DNA of 64,000 bases. It comes from a virus. Shown here in pieces: positions 8,587 through 17,053 of the stretch. The notes beneath the pieces are model-generated. The model was not told the origin of the DNA, ran no database searches, and worked only from the letters and a program-made list of their open reading frames with translations. The stretch lies in IMG/VR virus record IMGVR_UViG_3300014348_000112, positions 16,820 to 80,819 of that record; one strand, 5' to 3'. Numbering within the stretch: the first letter of the stretch is position 1; each line of letters starts with the position of its first letter. Both the position numbers and the translations under genes were made by a program.

Positions 8587-8880
8587 TTGCGTGGCCAGCT
8601 CTATGATGCGCTTCACTACCGCCCGCCATTGCTCCGGCACTGCATCCAGGTCTAGCGGCCGGCCCGGATCATCGGTTATCCCGTACAGAAAATCGGTAGT
8701 CGTCTCGCAGGCCAGAGCGATAGCCGGGGCATATTTGCCCAGCCCCTGGCGGCCTGTCTCGATGTCGGAGATGGTTATGGGCCGGTGGCTGAGGCCGACC
8801 CGCTCGGCGAGCTGAACCTGCGTCAGGCCGGCCCGCTCTCGGACAATCCGAACCCGCTGGGCGGTGATAGGTAGCGACAT
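8575..8880 (-). CDS. XRE/cI-like HTH repressor
   Basis: RVRIVRERAGLTQVQLAERVGLSHRPITISDIETGR; divergent from the early operon. Confidence 0.85.
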   Translation of the reverse strand: MSLPITAQRVRIVRERAGLTQVQLAERVGLSHRPITISDIETGRQGLGKYAPAIALACETTTDFLYGITDDPGRPLDLDAVPEQWRAVVKRIIELATQSDS

Positions 8881-8904
8881 TTTCAACTTCCTGTAAGTCG
8901 GGAC

Positions 8905-8934
8905 TTGACAAGATAGCGTTTTGGGTGTATTATA
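8905..8934. promoter_or_regulatory. Overlapping divergent promoters (immunity switch)
   Basis: Rightward TTGACA (8905-8910), 17 bp, TATTAT (8928-8933). A leftward TG-N-TATAAT extended -10 lies on the - strand over 8929-8937. Confidence 0.72.
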
Positions 8935-8953
8935 CCAACAACGGCAAACGAAA

Positions 8954-8986
8954 GCCCCGGCAGGTGTTAGCAGCACCTCCAGGGGC
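8954..8986 (+). promoter_or_regulatory. Bulged hairpin in the early 5' leader
   Basis: gcccc-gg-c-aggtg [ttagcag] cacct-cc-a-ggggc, between the promoter and the RBS of the gene at 9009. Confidence 0.5.
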
Positions 8987-9008
8987 GTGATCGCAACAGG
9001 AGTGCGAT

Positions 9009-9281
9009 ATGACCAGTCTATCAGAAAACCGTAGTTCTGTCAATGAGCAATTTCAACCCGGCGCCCCGGTCTTCCTTCGCCGCCCCCAGCCTCGCCAGTT
9101 CAGCCAGGCCGGGCGCGTTGTCGCGGCCTGGGACACTGGCATCAGCGCCGCCGGCATCGTGGCCTGCATCACCAGCGCGGCCGGCCAGATGTTCGTCCGG
9201 GTCACGCCCGACCCCGCCGCCGGCTTTGGCGAATTTGCATTTTTTGCGCATGAACTGCGATTGGTCGAGGTGGTGCAATGA
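9009..9281 (+). CDS. Hypothetical early protein
   Basis: AGGAG RBS; first gene after the promoter. Confidence 0.6.
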   Translation: MTSLSENRSSVNEQFQPGAPVFLRRPQPRQFSQAGRVVAAWDTGISAAGIVACITSAAGQMFVRVTPDPAAGFGEFAFFAHELRLVEVVQ

Positions 9282-9571
9282 CCTCCGATGAGTTCACCAC
9301 TTTACAGCGGGCGCGCGCCGAGCAGTACGCCCCAGCCGAAGCGGTTTCCGAGCAAGAGTTTGTCAGCCTGGCCGGCTGCTACCCCATCGACGTACTGCGC
9401 CTGGCCAGCGTGCGCTACTCGCCGGCGCGCGGCCGCAACCACGAACAGGTGCTGGCGCGCTTCACCGCCTTTCTGGAGAACGAGCACGTCAACCGGGGCG
9501 ACGACTTCCGGCTGGCCCTTGGCCACATCGAGGCCACATACCGCTGGATGGTCGAGCGAGGGTTGCAATGA
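9278..9571 (+). CDS. Hypothetical protein
   Basis: GAGGT RBS, ATGA coupling. Confidence 0.65.
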   Translation: MTSDEFTTLQRARAEQYAPAEAVSEQEFVSLAGCYPIDVLRLASVRYSPARGRNHEQVLARFTAFLENEHVNRGDDFRLALGHIEATYRWMVERGLQ

Positions 9572-10068
9572 GCCGCTACCGCCCGCCCGCCAAAGAGGAC
9601 CCGAACGCCTGGATGCTGGCCGACATCGACAAGTACCTGGCGCCGACCGACCCGCACAGCGCCAGCTACGTCCCGCAGTCCCGCTACCTGGGCGGTGACT
9701 ACCGGCAGATCAAGGCCGCCGAGCTGGACCGCTTCCCCGGCCGCGTCACCCGCATCGACCTGGTGACGACTGAGCACGGACCAGTCAAGCGTTGCTGGCG
9801 GGCCGGCTGGATGCCCGGCGACAAGGCGCTGACCCAGGACGTGGGTCGGCTGGCTGCCGGCTGGACCGTCGAGAGCGCTGCCGACAAGCTGGTCGCCGAC
9901 GGCTGGACCGTCCGGCGTTGGCCCGGCGGCGCCAGAGCCTGGCGCATCGCCGCCCGTCCGGTGCGCACTGGAGAATGGGCTGCTCGCTTTCGCGACCGCC
10001 TGCTGGCCAACCCGCCGGCAGAGCTGGCTGGACGGGTAGGCAGCTTCGACAAGTACCTGGGTTTGTAA
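9568..10068 (+). CDS. Hypothetical protein
   Basis: ATGA coupling; GC3-rich codon pattern. Confidence 0.65.
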   Translation: MSRYRPPAKEDPNAWMLADIDKYLAPTDPHSASYVPQSRYLGGDYRQIKAAELDRFPGRVTRIDLVTTEHGPVKRCWRAGWMPGDKALTQDVGRLAAGWTVESAADKLVADGWTVRRWPGGARAWRIAARPVRTGEWAARFRDRLLANPPAELAGRVGSFDKYLGL

Positions 10069-10089
10069 ATCCGCAAATTTTGCGGATTT
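10067..10089. promoter_or_regulatory. 23-bp palindrome AAATCCGCAAA-T-TTTGCGGATTT (operator-like), copy 1 of 5
   Basis: Perfect 11-bp inverted repeat ending 10 bp before an AAGGAG RBS. Confidence 0.7.
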
Positions 10090-10113
10090 GCCCACCGACA
10101 AGGAGACCCACCC

Positions 10114-11013
10114 ATGACTACCGACAACGCCCCAGACTGGGCATTCCTGGCCCAAACGATAGCCAGTATTGACGTTTCGCTCAAGACCATTGCCGACTAC
10201 GTGCAGCTCTTGCACATCGAGAAGACCGGCGAGAAAACCTGGGAAGTTCAGCGCTTCGTCGTCGGAGCAGACGGAGAGGACCAGCCGTGCGTGTGGCTCT
10301 ACGCGACGCACCCCGGCATCGAGTTCGCCGTCACCCGCATCTACCACGAGCGCATTGCCGACCTGCCCCTGACCATACCCGCCAACGCCAAGGTCTGGGA
10401 TGGCGAGGTAGCACCTAGCGCAGAGGCCGCCGCCAAGAAGGGCTACTTCTACGTGGCGCCGGCACCGTTCACTATTAGCCTTATGCCGACCGGCAAGAAG
10501 ACCGACGCCGGCCAGGACATCCGCCGCTTCAGCCGGGTTCTCTCGGTAGGAGAGCCTTCCCGCAACCCGGCCGGCAAGGCACCGGCGCAGCCGGCCAGCA
10601 ACCGGGCCGCCAAGGATGAAGAGGACGCGGCGCACGCCGCGTACCTGGCCGGCCAGCGCCCGCCGGCCCCTCCTGCCACCAGCGAGGAACCTTCGCCTTG
10701 GTCCGCTGAGGCCGAGTTCGAGCATCTCCCCTCTGCCGCGCAAGCCCCGGCCCAGGCCCACGCGCTGGCCCAGGCTGCTGCCAGTCGGCCCGCACCGACC
10801 CCCGCCGGCGAGTTGCCCTTCAAGGACCAAGGGACCGCTGTCAAGTGGGCGGTCGGTTTTGCCCACTACCAGAAAAAGGACGGTAGCCCTGACTTCCCGC
10901 ACGCAGTAGGATCGCACGCAGATTTGTGCAAGCGACTGGGCTGCAACGACAAGGCCCTGGACCGCTGGGGCCAGGCGTGGCTGAAACACGTCCAGGAGCG
11001 CGCCGGTAACTAA
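10114..11013 (+). CDS. Hypothetical protein with a Pro/Ala-rich linker
   Basis: AAGGAG RBS; long ORF with coding-like bias. Confidence 0.75.
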   Translation: MTTDNAPDWAFLAQTIASIDVSLKTIADYVQLLHIEKTGEKTWEVQRFVVGADGEDQPCVWLYATHPGIEFAVTRIYHERIADLPLTIPANAKVWDGEVAPSAEAAAKKGYFYVAPAPFTISLMPTGKKTDAGQDIRRFSRVLSVGEPSRNPAGKAPAQPASNRAAKDEEDAAHAAYLAGQRPPAPPATSEEPSPWSAEAEFEHLPSAAQAPAQAHALAQAAASRPAPTPAGELPFKDQGTAVKWAVGFAHYQKKDGSPDFPHAVGSHADLCKRLGCNDKALDRWGQAWLKHVQERAGN

Positions 11014-11018
11014 CACCC

Positions 11019-11135
11019 CACCGCTGCCCCGTTCGTGACGCCGTGCCGACACAGCACGTAGCAAACGGGCCGACCCGTAGCCGGAAACAAGCCCCGGCCT
11101 GTCGTAAGACAGCATCAAGCGGCTGGGCGGCGGTG
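11019..11135 (+). ncRNA. Candidate structured RNA / 5' leader (multibranch)
   Basis: 11-bp closing stem (11019-11029 / 11125-11135) enclosing four 5-bp hairpins, one capped by GTAA; abuts an RBS. Confidence 0.35.
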
Positions 11136-11148
11136 AGAAGGAGATGAA

Positions 11149-11457
11149 ATGATGGATAGCATAACAAAAATGGTCGGCGTAATCGAGACAGCGCTGCTAA
11201 ACATCGAGGAGATCACTCAGCCATCACCGATTGATATGCTCTACGCTTTGCAGGATCGCCTCGAAGCTGCCCGCGCAGAAGTTGAGGAGGTTCATCGATA
11301 CCTCGATGAGTGCTTCGTCAACGACCCCGACGAGGGACGCGCCGTGCCGCTGATTGATCGAGTGGTGCTACTGGTGAGCCAGATCGCCAGGGACAACGGC
11401 GAAGCGGCGTCATTGGCTATGCCTGAAACTGGCATAGAAAAAACGGAGATGTCGTGA
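11149..11457 (+). CDS. Hypothetical protein
   Basis: AAGGAG RBS. Confidence 0.65.
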   Translation: MMDSITKMVGVIETALLNIEEITQPSPIDMLYALQDRLEAARAEVEEVHRYLDECFVNDPDEGRAVPLIDRVVLLVSQIARDNGEAASLAMPETGIEKTEMS

Positions 11458-11723
11458 TGATTGTTACGCTGGAAACAGACAATGGTCCCGTTACGATGGA
11501 TGCCGTCTGCATCAGTCGCTGCGTGCAGCGCAACGGCAGAACCCCCGCTGGCCTACTGACAACCGTGATTGAGGTTTGGCGTGATGCAAGTGGTCAGGAA
11601 TGGGAGTACACAGAGAACTTCATTCAACCGCCAATGCCGTTTGCGTTTTTGGCGCTGATCGAGAAATCTTCACGAGCGCAGGATGCGCAGCACGAAACGG
11701 CGATTGTCGAGGTGTTGCGGTGA
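11454..11723 (+). CDS. Hypothetical protein
   Basis: GGAG RBS, GTGA overlap. Confidence 0.6.
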   Translation: MMIVTLETDNGPVTMDAVCISRCVQRNGRTPAGLLTTVIEVWRDASGQEWEYTENFIQPPMPFAFLALIEKSSRAQDAQHETAIVEVLR

Positions 11724-12106
11724 CTACGAAACCACGACTCGTACATTTCGCGTTGGCTGCCTTGGTACTGCTGTCCATGTGCGGCGCATCAATGGCCATC
11801 GGGTATATCGCTGACATTGGGCATGGTCGCATCAGCCCTGGCGAAATCGAGCGCATCGTCGAGGAACTGGAGCCAGCGGCTGATGGTTCGCAAGTCGTTG
11901 TCCAGATTGCCACTGGAATTGGCATCAAACAGGATGCCCAGCCGGCTATGACTGTCACCAGTACGCGCACTACCGTGGAGCGGGCTGAACCTGTCAAAAA
12001 CAACTGGCTGCTAGCGCTGGCTACGGCGCTGGCGTGTTTGATGGTGCTGGCCGGCGTGGCGGCGGCTAACAGTCTACCAGATTGGCCGTTTGGCGGCAGG
12101 AAGTAA
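11720..12106 (+). CDS. Membrane protein with two TM segments
   Basis: GTG start overlapping the upstream stop; hydrophobic N- and C-terminal helices. Confidence 0.6.
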   Translation: MTTKPRLVHFALAALVLLSMCGASMAIGYIADIGHGRISPGEIERIVEELEPAADGSQVVVQIATGIGIKQDAQPAMTVTSTRTTVERAEPVKNNWLLALATALACLMVLAGVAAANSLPDWPFGGRK

Positions 12107-12169
12107 CGCCATAACCAGCATCTGCTTCAACACCGCCGCACCTGACAGCTGGAGAGCAGGAAGATTTCG

Positions 12170-13795
12170 GTGAAACGACTGGCCCTCCCCTTGACAATAG
12201 TCGCCGCCGGTTTGGCCGCGGCTTTTGTCGTAGGAAGTCTCGAACTCGTTGACCGCATCGACAGAGCGGTTGACCGGCGCTTCGGCGACTGGCTCTACGT
12301 AGCCGTCGTCGTGGTGCTGTTTGTCGCGTTCGCCGTCGTCGTCCTGAGCATCGCCGCAGCCGTTGCCGGTCGCGCGCTGGCCTGGTCTCGCCAAATCTCC
12401 CCCAACCGGCACGGCCTGTTTGCAATCTTCTTCCACCGCGGCCAGCCGCTCAATTTCAACGAGCCGGGCGCGCAATCCCTGTCGGCCCTATCGGCCCACA
12501 AGCGCCCCACCGCGCCGCTGGCCCAGCGCGTCATCGAGGCCAACTACCGCCTGCAACGGCCGGCCAACCTGCCTGAGCTGGCGCCCCCGCCTGACGCCCC
12601 GCCAGAGATCGACTACGCCGCGTCGCTGCCGCGCGAGGTCTCACTCTACTCGGCCCCCCTGCCGCGCGAGTTGTCGCTGCCGGTCGGTGTGGACGCCGCC
12701 GGCCGTCAGGTGGCCATCCCGCTGCGCAACCTGGGCAACGTTCTGATCGGCGGCCGGCCCGGCGGCGGCAAGTCCGAGCTGCTGGCCGGTTTCGTCGCCG
12801 GCCTGGCCCGCCAGGACGCCACCGGCGTGCGCGTCCAGATCGCCGTGGCCGACATGAAGCTGGTCTCGTTCGGGAACATTCCGCCCGACCTGTCGCTGCT
12901 GCGCTGGCCGGTCGCGGTGGACATGGCGCCGGCGCAGGAGTTGATCGAGCAGGTGCTGGAGGAAGTGCGCCGGCGCTACGCCCTGCTCCAGCAAGCCGGC
13001 GTGCGCTCCCTGGACGGCTACATCCAGCGCACCGGCGAGCCGCTGCCCCACCTAGTGACGATCATCGACGAGATTGCCGACCTGAGCGCGTCGCGCATCA
13101 GCCGGGCCTCGTTTGTGGAGGTCGCCAGCGAGATCGCCCGCAAGGGTCGCGCCGCCGGCGTCACCCTGGTCATGGCCACCCAGCGCCCCTCCTCCGACAC
13201 GCTGCCGGCCGACCTGCGCAACCTGGAAGGCGTGGCCGTCGCGTTCGCCGTCGAGCGCCCAGAGGACAGCCGCCTGATCCTGGGCCGGCGCGGCGCGGAG
13301 ATGCTGCCCGCCATCCCCGGCCGCTGCCTGGTGCGCATGGAGCGCGCCGTCGTCGCGCAAGCCTACCTGGCCGGCCTGGACGAAGCCGGCGGCCACTCCT
13401 CCTTCGACGCCTTCCTGGCCGGCCTGCCGCGCGCCGATGCGGTGCTGACGCCTGTACCGGCCCGTACCAGCATACCGATGCCCGCGCCGGCCCCGATACC
13501 GGCCCAAAACACGCCCAGCGCCGGTATACCGGCGTCTGTACCGCCGTTTCGTACCGATGAGCCAGAGGCTCCCTACACGCCGGAGCAGATCGCTCACATC
13601 GTCCGGTTGTATCGCGAGAGCGTCTCTGATCGTTACCCGAAAGGCAGCCTGAAGGCAGTTCAGCGGGCCATCTACCCCGACCAAGCGACTGGCGGCCACT
13701 GGTGGTATCGCATTCGCGATACAGTGCGCGAGGCGGGATATGACACCGCCCTGCCCACCACTCCCCGCCGGCACCGGCGCGTCGCGCGACAGTAG
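12170..13795 (+). CDS. FtsK/SpoIIIE-family ATPase with an N-terminal membrane anchor
   Basis: Walker A GGRPGGGKS, Walker B LVTIIDEIADL, RKGRAAGVTLVMATQRP; two N-terminal TM segments. Confidence 0.88.
   Translation: MKRLALPLTIVAAGLAAAFVVGSLELVDRIDRAVDRRFGDWLYVAVVVVLFVAFAVVVLSIAAAVAGRALAWSRQISPNRHGLFAIFFHRGQPLNFNEPGAQSLSALSAHKRPTAPLAQRVIEANYRLQRPANLPELAPPPDAPPEIDYAASLPREVSLYSAPLPRELSLPVGVDAAGRQVAIPLRNLGNVLIGGRPGGGKSELLAGFVAGLARQDATGVRVQIAVADMKLVSFGNIPPDLSLLRWPVAVDMAPAQELIEQVLEEVRRRYALLQQAGVRSLDGYIQRTGEPLPHLVTIIDEIADLSASRISRASFVEVASEIARKGRAAGVTLVMATQRPSSDTLPADLRNLEGVAVAFAVERPEDSRLILGRRGAEMLPAIPGRCLVRMERAVVAQAYLAGLDEAGGHSSFDAFLAGLPRADAVLTPVPARTSIPMPAPAPIPAQNTPSAGIPASVPPFRTDEPEAPYTPEQIAHIVRLYRESVSDRYPKGSLKAVQRAIYPDQATGGHWWYRIRDTVREAGYDTALPTTPRRHRRVARQ
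13713..13793 (+). repeat. 81-bp exact duplication of the FtsK-like gene 3' end (second copy 15605-15685)
   Basis: ttcgcgatacagtgcgcgaggcggg...gtcgcgcgacagt is identical at both loci. Confidence 0.95.
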
Positions 13796-14193
13796 CCGCG
13801 CCGCCCTGGACAGCCCTCCTCGCCGCGCGCCAGGCCGTTGACCGTTGGCAGGAGGAGTTGCAGCGCATCTATCCAGTCGTGCAGCGCTGGGACGTGCTGT
13901 ACTACCGCAAGCACCCCTGCCACATCCTGCGCGCCAGCCGGCGCGATCCGCTGGCCTTTGACTACACCGGCATGGACGAGTCCAAGGTCATCGCACAGGC
14001 TGCGCGTATCGAGGACTATGCCGTGCTGGGCGATTTCTGCATGGGCCAGGGGCTGGTCGGCTTGGCCGCCTGGGATGCCGGCAACCCCTTTGTTGGCACG
14101 GAACTCAACCCGCGCCGCCTGGCCGTGCTGTTGCAGAAGCTGGCAAAACGAGGCGCACCCGTTGGGCACGAATCGGTCGATGTTGATACTTGA
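13744..14193 (+). pseudogene. C-terminal fragment of a SAM-dependent methyltransferase (may be a short TTG-start gene from 13858)
   Basis: DFCMGQGLVGLAA...FVGTELNPRRLA is motif-I/II-like. The frame is open upstream only to a TGA at 13741, and no catalytic (D/N/S)PP(Y/W) motif is present. Confidence 0.5.
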
Positions 14194-14218
14194 CAAGTTT
14201 TGATTATAGGTGTATAAT
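14190..14218 (+). promoter_or_regulatory. Consensus sigma70 promoter with extended -10
   Basis: TTGACA (14190-14195), 17 bp, TATAAT (14213-14218). Confidence 0.88.
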
Positions 14219-14279
14219 ACTCTTGACGGTAGAGATTAAACACCCACCGGGCCACGGCCCACAGCACAAGGAGAACATC

Positions 14280-14531
14280 ATGGAAGCGCACTCGATCAAG
14301 GCAATAGCGGAATATCTAGTTACTACGCAGTCTTCGGTTGAGGAAGCCATGCACGACTTTTGGAGTATTGACTTTTTGAATGACGTGAAGTTGGTATTTG
14401 GCCGGCACGCCGGTCAATACCTGAGCACGGTGCCGGGAAGATACCAAACGTGGATAGCCGACGAGGTTGCAAAATGGCTCTCTACGCACTCTGTGCATGG
14501 AGTGTCAATGAAGGTCAAGATCAACGTCTAG
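14280..14531 (+). CDS. Hypothetical protein (MEAHSIKAIAEY...)
   Basis: AAGGAG RBS directly downstream of the promoter. Confidence 0.7.
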   Translation: MEAHSIKAIAEYLVTTQSSVEEAMHDFWSIDFLNDVKLVFGRHAGQYLSTVPGRYQTWIADEVAKWLSTHSVHGVSMKVKINV

Positions 14532-14589
14532 CACCCCACCCACCGGGCCGGGACTGACACCGGCCCACAGCAACAAGGAGCACAAGATC

Positions 14590-14895
14590 ATGTTCAAGAA
14601 GTTGTCGATGCGGCGTGAGCGAGAGTTCGCGGCGAACAAGGACACGTTCGCGACGCCTTCTAACCAGTACGCGGAATGCCGCGGGGTAGTCCCGTGGCAA
14701 GTTGACATCTTTGTAAAGTTGGCCGTGCGGCTGCGCGGCCACAAAAAGATTGCCGTTTTTCTTCTAGAAATGGCTTGGTTGTCCGCGTGGGTCATCGGCC
14801 CGCCAGAGGATACGAAGGAGTGGCGCTCGCGCCACCCGATGACCATCCCCCGTCCGCTGGCCTGGGTCGTTTTCCGTGTAGGCAAAGGGACGTAG
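14590..14895 (+). CDS. Hypothetical protein
   Basis: AAGGAG RBS inside the boundary repeat. Confidence 0.65.
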   Translation: MFKKLSMRREREFAANKDTFATPSNQYAECRGVVPWQVDIFVKLAVRLRGHKKIAVFLLEMAWLSAWVIGPPEDTKEWRSRHPMTIPRPLAWVVFRVGKGT

Positions 14896-15061
14896 CCGGT
14901 TCGCAACAGCTAACCCCCCACCCACCGGGCCGGCTCTGCGCAAGCATCTGACTGGTCTGAGCGCCGAGCCAAGGCATTGGCTCGGCGCCGAAGCGACTGG
15001 GCGCAGCCCGATTGGGTGTTAGGCCCTGAAGGGCAGAAGCGTTACTAGAAGGAGATGAACC

Positions 15062-15556
15062 ATGAAGGCAATTATTATCGGCAGACACGCCGGAGAAGTT
15101 CCCGGCATTGAAGTTTTCGAGACCCGCGCCGTGACCTTCCCCGCCACGGCAACGGAGTGCCGTCCTGTCATTGAAAATCTGATCGCAGAGGCAAAAGCGC
15201 AGGGCGCTGCTGTCCTGTTCCAGAACACGCCCGGCCAAGTAGCCGTGGCGCTGGCGCAGATCGCCGTCAATCATGCATCACATTATCATGCGCTCTCTAT
15301 GGAACCGCCGCCGATGGGTGTTGGCGTCGTCATCTCCGTCCCCGGCCCGCGACCGGGAAAGGTGTCGGCCATTTTCACGCTAGACGATCCCATGACGCTG
15401 GATCAGGCCAGCGCGCACATGATTGCAACTGCACAGGGCATTGCGCGGTTCGCTAACCCCCGCGCCGTAGTTGTCTCCGAAGAGCCGGGCACCGTTACTG
15501 TCTCCGTGGATGGCCCGCCGATGCCATTCGAGTTCAGCCACATCGAGTGGCTGTAG
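15062..15556 (+). CDS. Hypothetical protein
   Basis: AAGGAG RBS. Confidence 0.7.
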   Translation: MKAIIIGRHAGEVPGIEVFETRAVTFPATATECRPVIENLIAEAKAQGAAVLFQNTPGQVAVALAQIAVNHASHYHALSMEPPPMGVGVVISVPGPRPGKVSAIFTLDDPMTLDQASAHMIATAQGIARFANPRAVVVSEEPGTVTVSVDGPPMPFEFSHIEWL

Positions 15557-15786
15557 CCCACCATCCACCGAGCCGGGACTGCCACCGGCCAGATCGTCAC
15601 CCGCTTCGCGATACAGTGCGCGAGGCGGGATATGACACCGCCCTGCCCACCACTCCCCGCCGGCACCGGCGCGTCGCGCGACAGTGAAGGAAACAACCAT
15701 GCAAAAACAACTCGCTAACTTCCTGGTGGCCGGCGCCGCTGCGCTACCGGGAAAACGAGGCGGCGTGAATCGGTCAGTATTGATAC

Positions 15787-15815
15787 TTGACAAGATTTGA
15801 TTTTGGGTGTATAAT
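15787..15815 (+). promoter_or_regulatory. Consensus sigma70 promoter, duplicate of the 14190 promoter module
   Basis: TTGACA (15787-15792), 17 bp, TATAAT (15810-15815); 15780-15872 matches 14183-14275 at 89/93 bases. Confidence 0.88.
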
Positions 15816-15878
15816 ACTCTTGAAGGTAGAGATTAAACACCCACCGGGCCACGGCCCACAGCACAAGGAGAAACGACC

Positions 15879-16103
15879 ATGGACTTTTGGAACGACGACA
15901 ACGACACCACAGCCTGCGATATCTGCGGGGCCGACACCGGCGACAACATCGGCCAAGGTAGCTACAACGAAGTCACCCAGATGCACAGCTTCTACCTCTG
16001 CCCCACCTGCGCCGCAGCCGAAGCGAAGCGCCAGACCGAGGAAGACGCCGAGAACCAGCGCCGCATTGCAAACTCCATCGCAATGCACATGACGATGGAC
16101 TGA
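15879..16103 (+). CDS. Small Zn-ribbon-like protein (CDIC...CPTC)
   Basis: AAGGAG RBS; two CxxC pairs. Confidence 0.7.
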   Translation: MDFWNDDNDTTACDICGADTGDNIGQGSYNEVTQMHSFYLCPTCAAAEAKRQTEEDAENQRRIANSIAMHMTMD

Positions 16104-16171
16104 CACCACCGACACCCCACCCACGCACCGGGCCGGGACTGACACCGGCTCGCAGCAACAAGGAGAGGACC

Positions 16172-16453
16172 ATGGACAAGTCGCATTTCCGTATTATGAA
16201 CACCGTGTTTTACGGTGAAAACTACATCAACCTGGACAAGGAGGCAAGGCCCATGTCTAAATTTGAGGTCGAGGTAAACGGGAAAGTTCACCGCTTCATG
16301 TTCGCCCCCTCCACCGACGATCCGGCGGAGGGGGCAACCTTGGTTGGTGTACGATACGCAGGAAGCGTGGACGTGCACCAGCTCTCGCCATCGAAGCACG
16401 CAGAGCCTGCGGCGTGGGATGCCGCCGCAGCGCATTACGGGCTGAAGAGATAG
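16172..16453 (+). CDS. Hypothetical protein
   Basis: AAGGAG RBS inside the boundary repeat. Confidence 0.6.
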   Translation: MDKSHFRIMNTVFYGENYINLDKEARPMSKFEVEVNGKVHRFMFAPSTDDPAEGATLVGVRYAGSVDVHQLSPSKHAEPAAWDAAAAHYGLKR

Positions 16454-16707
16454 CCACCGGGCCGGGACTGCCACCGGCCAGATCGTCACCCGCAAGAGCC
16501 AGCCGCTACGCCGTGGGCCTGGTCCACAAGCAGACCGGCAAGCTGGTCAACGTCAAGTTCACCGCTGGCGCTCCAACGCCCGACTGGCGCGGCGTAGCCA
16601 CCACGGTGCGCAAAGGCTACGGCATCAGCCAGAATGACGCCGACCGCTGGACCGCCGAGGCGCTGGCCGAGCGGGAGAAGTGGAACGTCGAGGTGGTCAA
16701 GCTGTAG
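16414..16707 (+). CDS. Hypothetical protein; 5' end uncertain, possibly decapitated at the repeat
   Basis: Only the part after 16494 looks protein-like (YAVGLVHKQTGKLVNVKF...); no RBS after the repeat. Confidence 0.4.
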   Translation: MGCRRSALRAEEIATGPGLPPARSSPARASRYAVGLVHKQTGKLVNVKFTAGAPTPDWRGVATTVRKGYGISQNDADRWTAEALAEREKWNVEVVKL

Positions 16708-16714
16708 GAGTATG

Positions 16715-16751
16715 GCCCGCCAAATCCGCAAATTTTGCGGATTTGGCGGGC
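16715..16751. promoter_or_regulatory. Operator-like palindrome, copy 2, extended to 18-bp arms
   Basis: gcccgccaaatccgcaaa-t-tttgcggatttggcgggc, immediately before an AAGGAG RBS. Confidence 0.72.
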
Positions 16752-16765
16752 AAGGAGATGACGCC

Positions 16766-17053
16766 ATGTATCGCATCTACATCAAAGCAAACGACGCACC
16801 CACTGACCGCAAGCACCTGGTGGTGAAAGATTACCACTACCAGTACAGCGCCAACACGGTCAAATACGCGTGGCACTTGGCCGACATACTGGTCGATAAC
16901 TTCAACGTCCGCAGCATCAAGAGCGGCAGCGCCGACCGGGCCAGCCTGATGCCCAGAGCGCGGCGAGACGTGGCGCTATCCAAGCTCGTCCCGGCGTCTC
17001 CGCACCTGATCGGCCACGCAGGAGACCGAACAATCGTCGTGGAGAGGATTTGA
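16766..17053 (+). CDS. Hypothetical protein (MYRIYIKAND...)
   Basis: AAGGAG RBS. Confidence 0.65.
   Translation: MYRIYIKANDAPTDRKHLVVKDYHYQYSANTVKYAWHLADILVDNFNVRSIKSGSADRASLMPRARRDVALSKLVPASPHLIGHAGDRTIVVERI

Larger units (their letters stand above)
14244..16493 (+). repeat. Family of seven intergenic CCACCGGGCC(GGGACTG(A/C)CACCGGC) boundary elements
   Basis: Copies start near 14244, 14540, 14922, 15565 (CCACCGAGCC), 15841, 16127 (lacks first C) and 16454, each between short genes. Confidence 0.85.

Noticed and set aside
9232-9254. gaatttgcattttttgcgcatg as another copy of the 23-bp palindrome
   Set aside because: Too many mismatches and not self-complementary.
9415-11118. 567-aa - strand ORF
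   Set aside because: Antisense shadow of two + strand genes with good RBS; no motifs; expected in GC-rich DNA.
11019-11135. Structured region as a tRNA or c-di-GMP-I riboswitch
   Set aside because: Arm number and lengths do not fit a tRNA. Only fragments (GCAAAC, GACAGC) resemble GEMM, and the GACGCAAAGC core is missing.
14244-16493. Repeat family as a CRISPR array
   Set aside because: Spacing is irregular (about 290-640 bp), the intervals are genes, the repeats vary in length, and no cas genes are seen.
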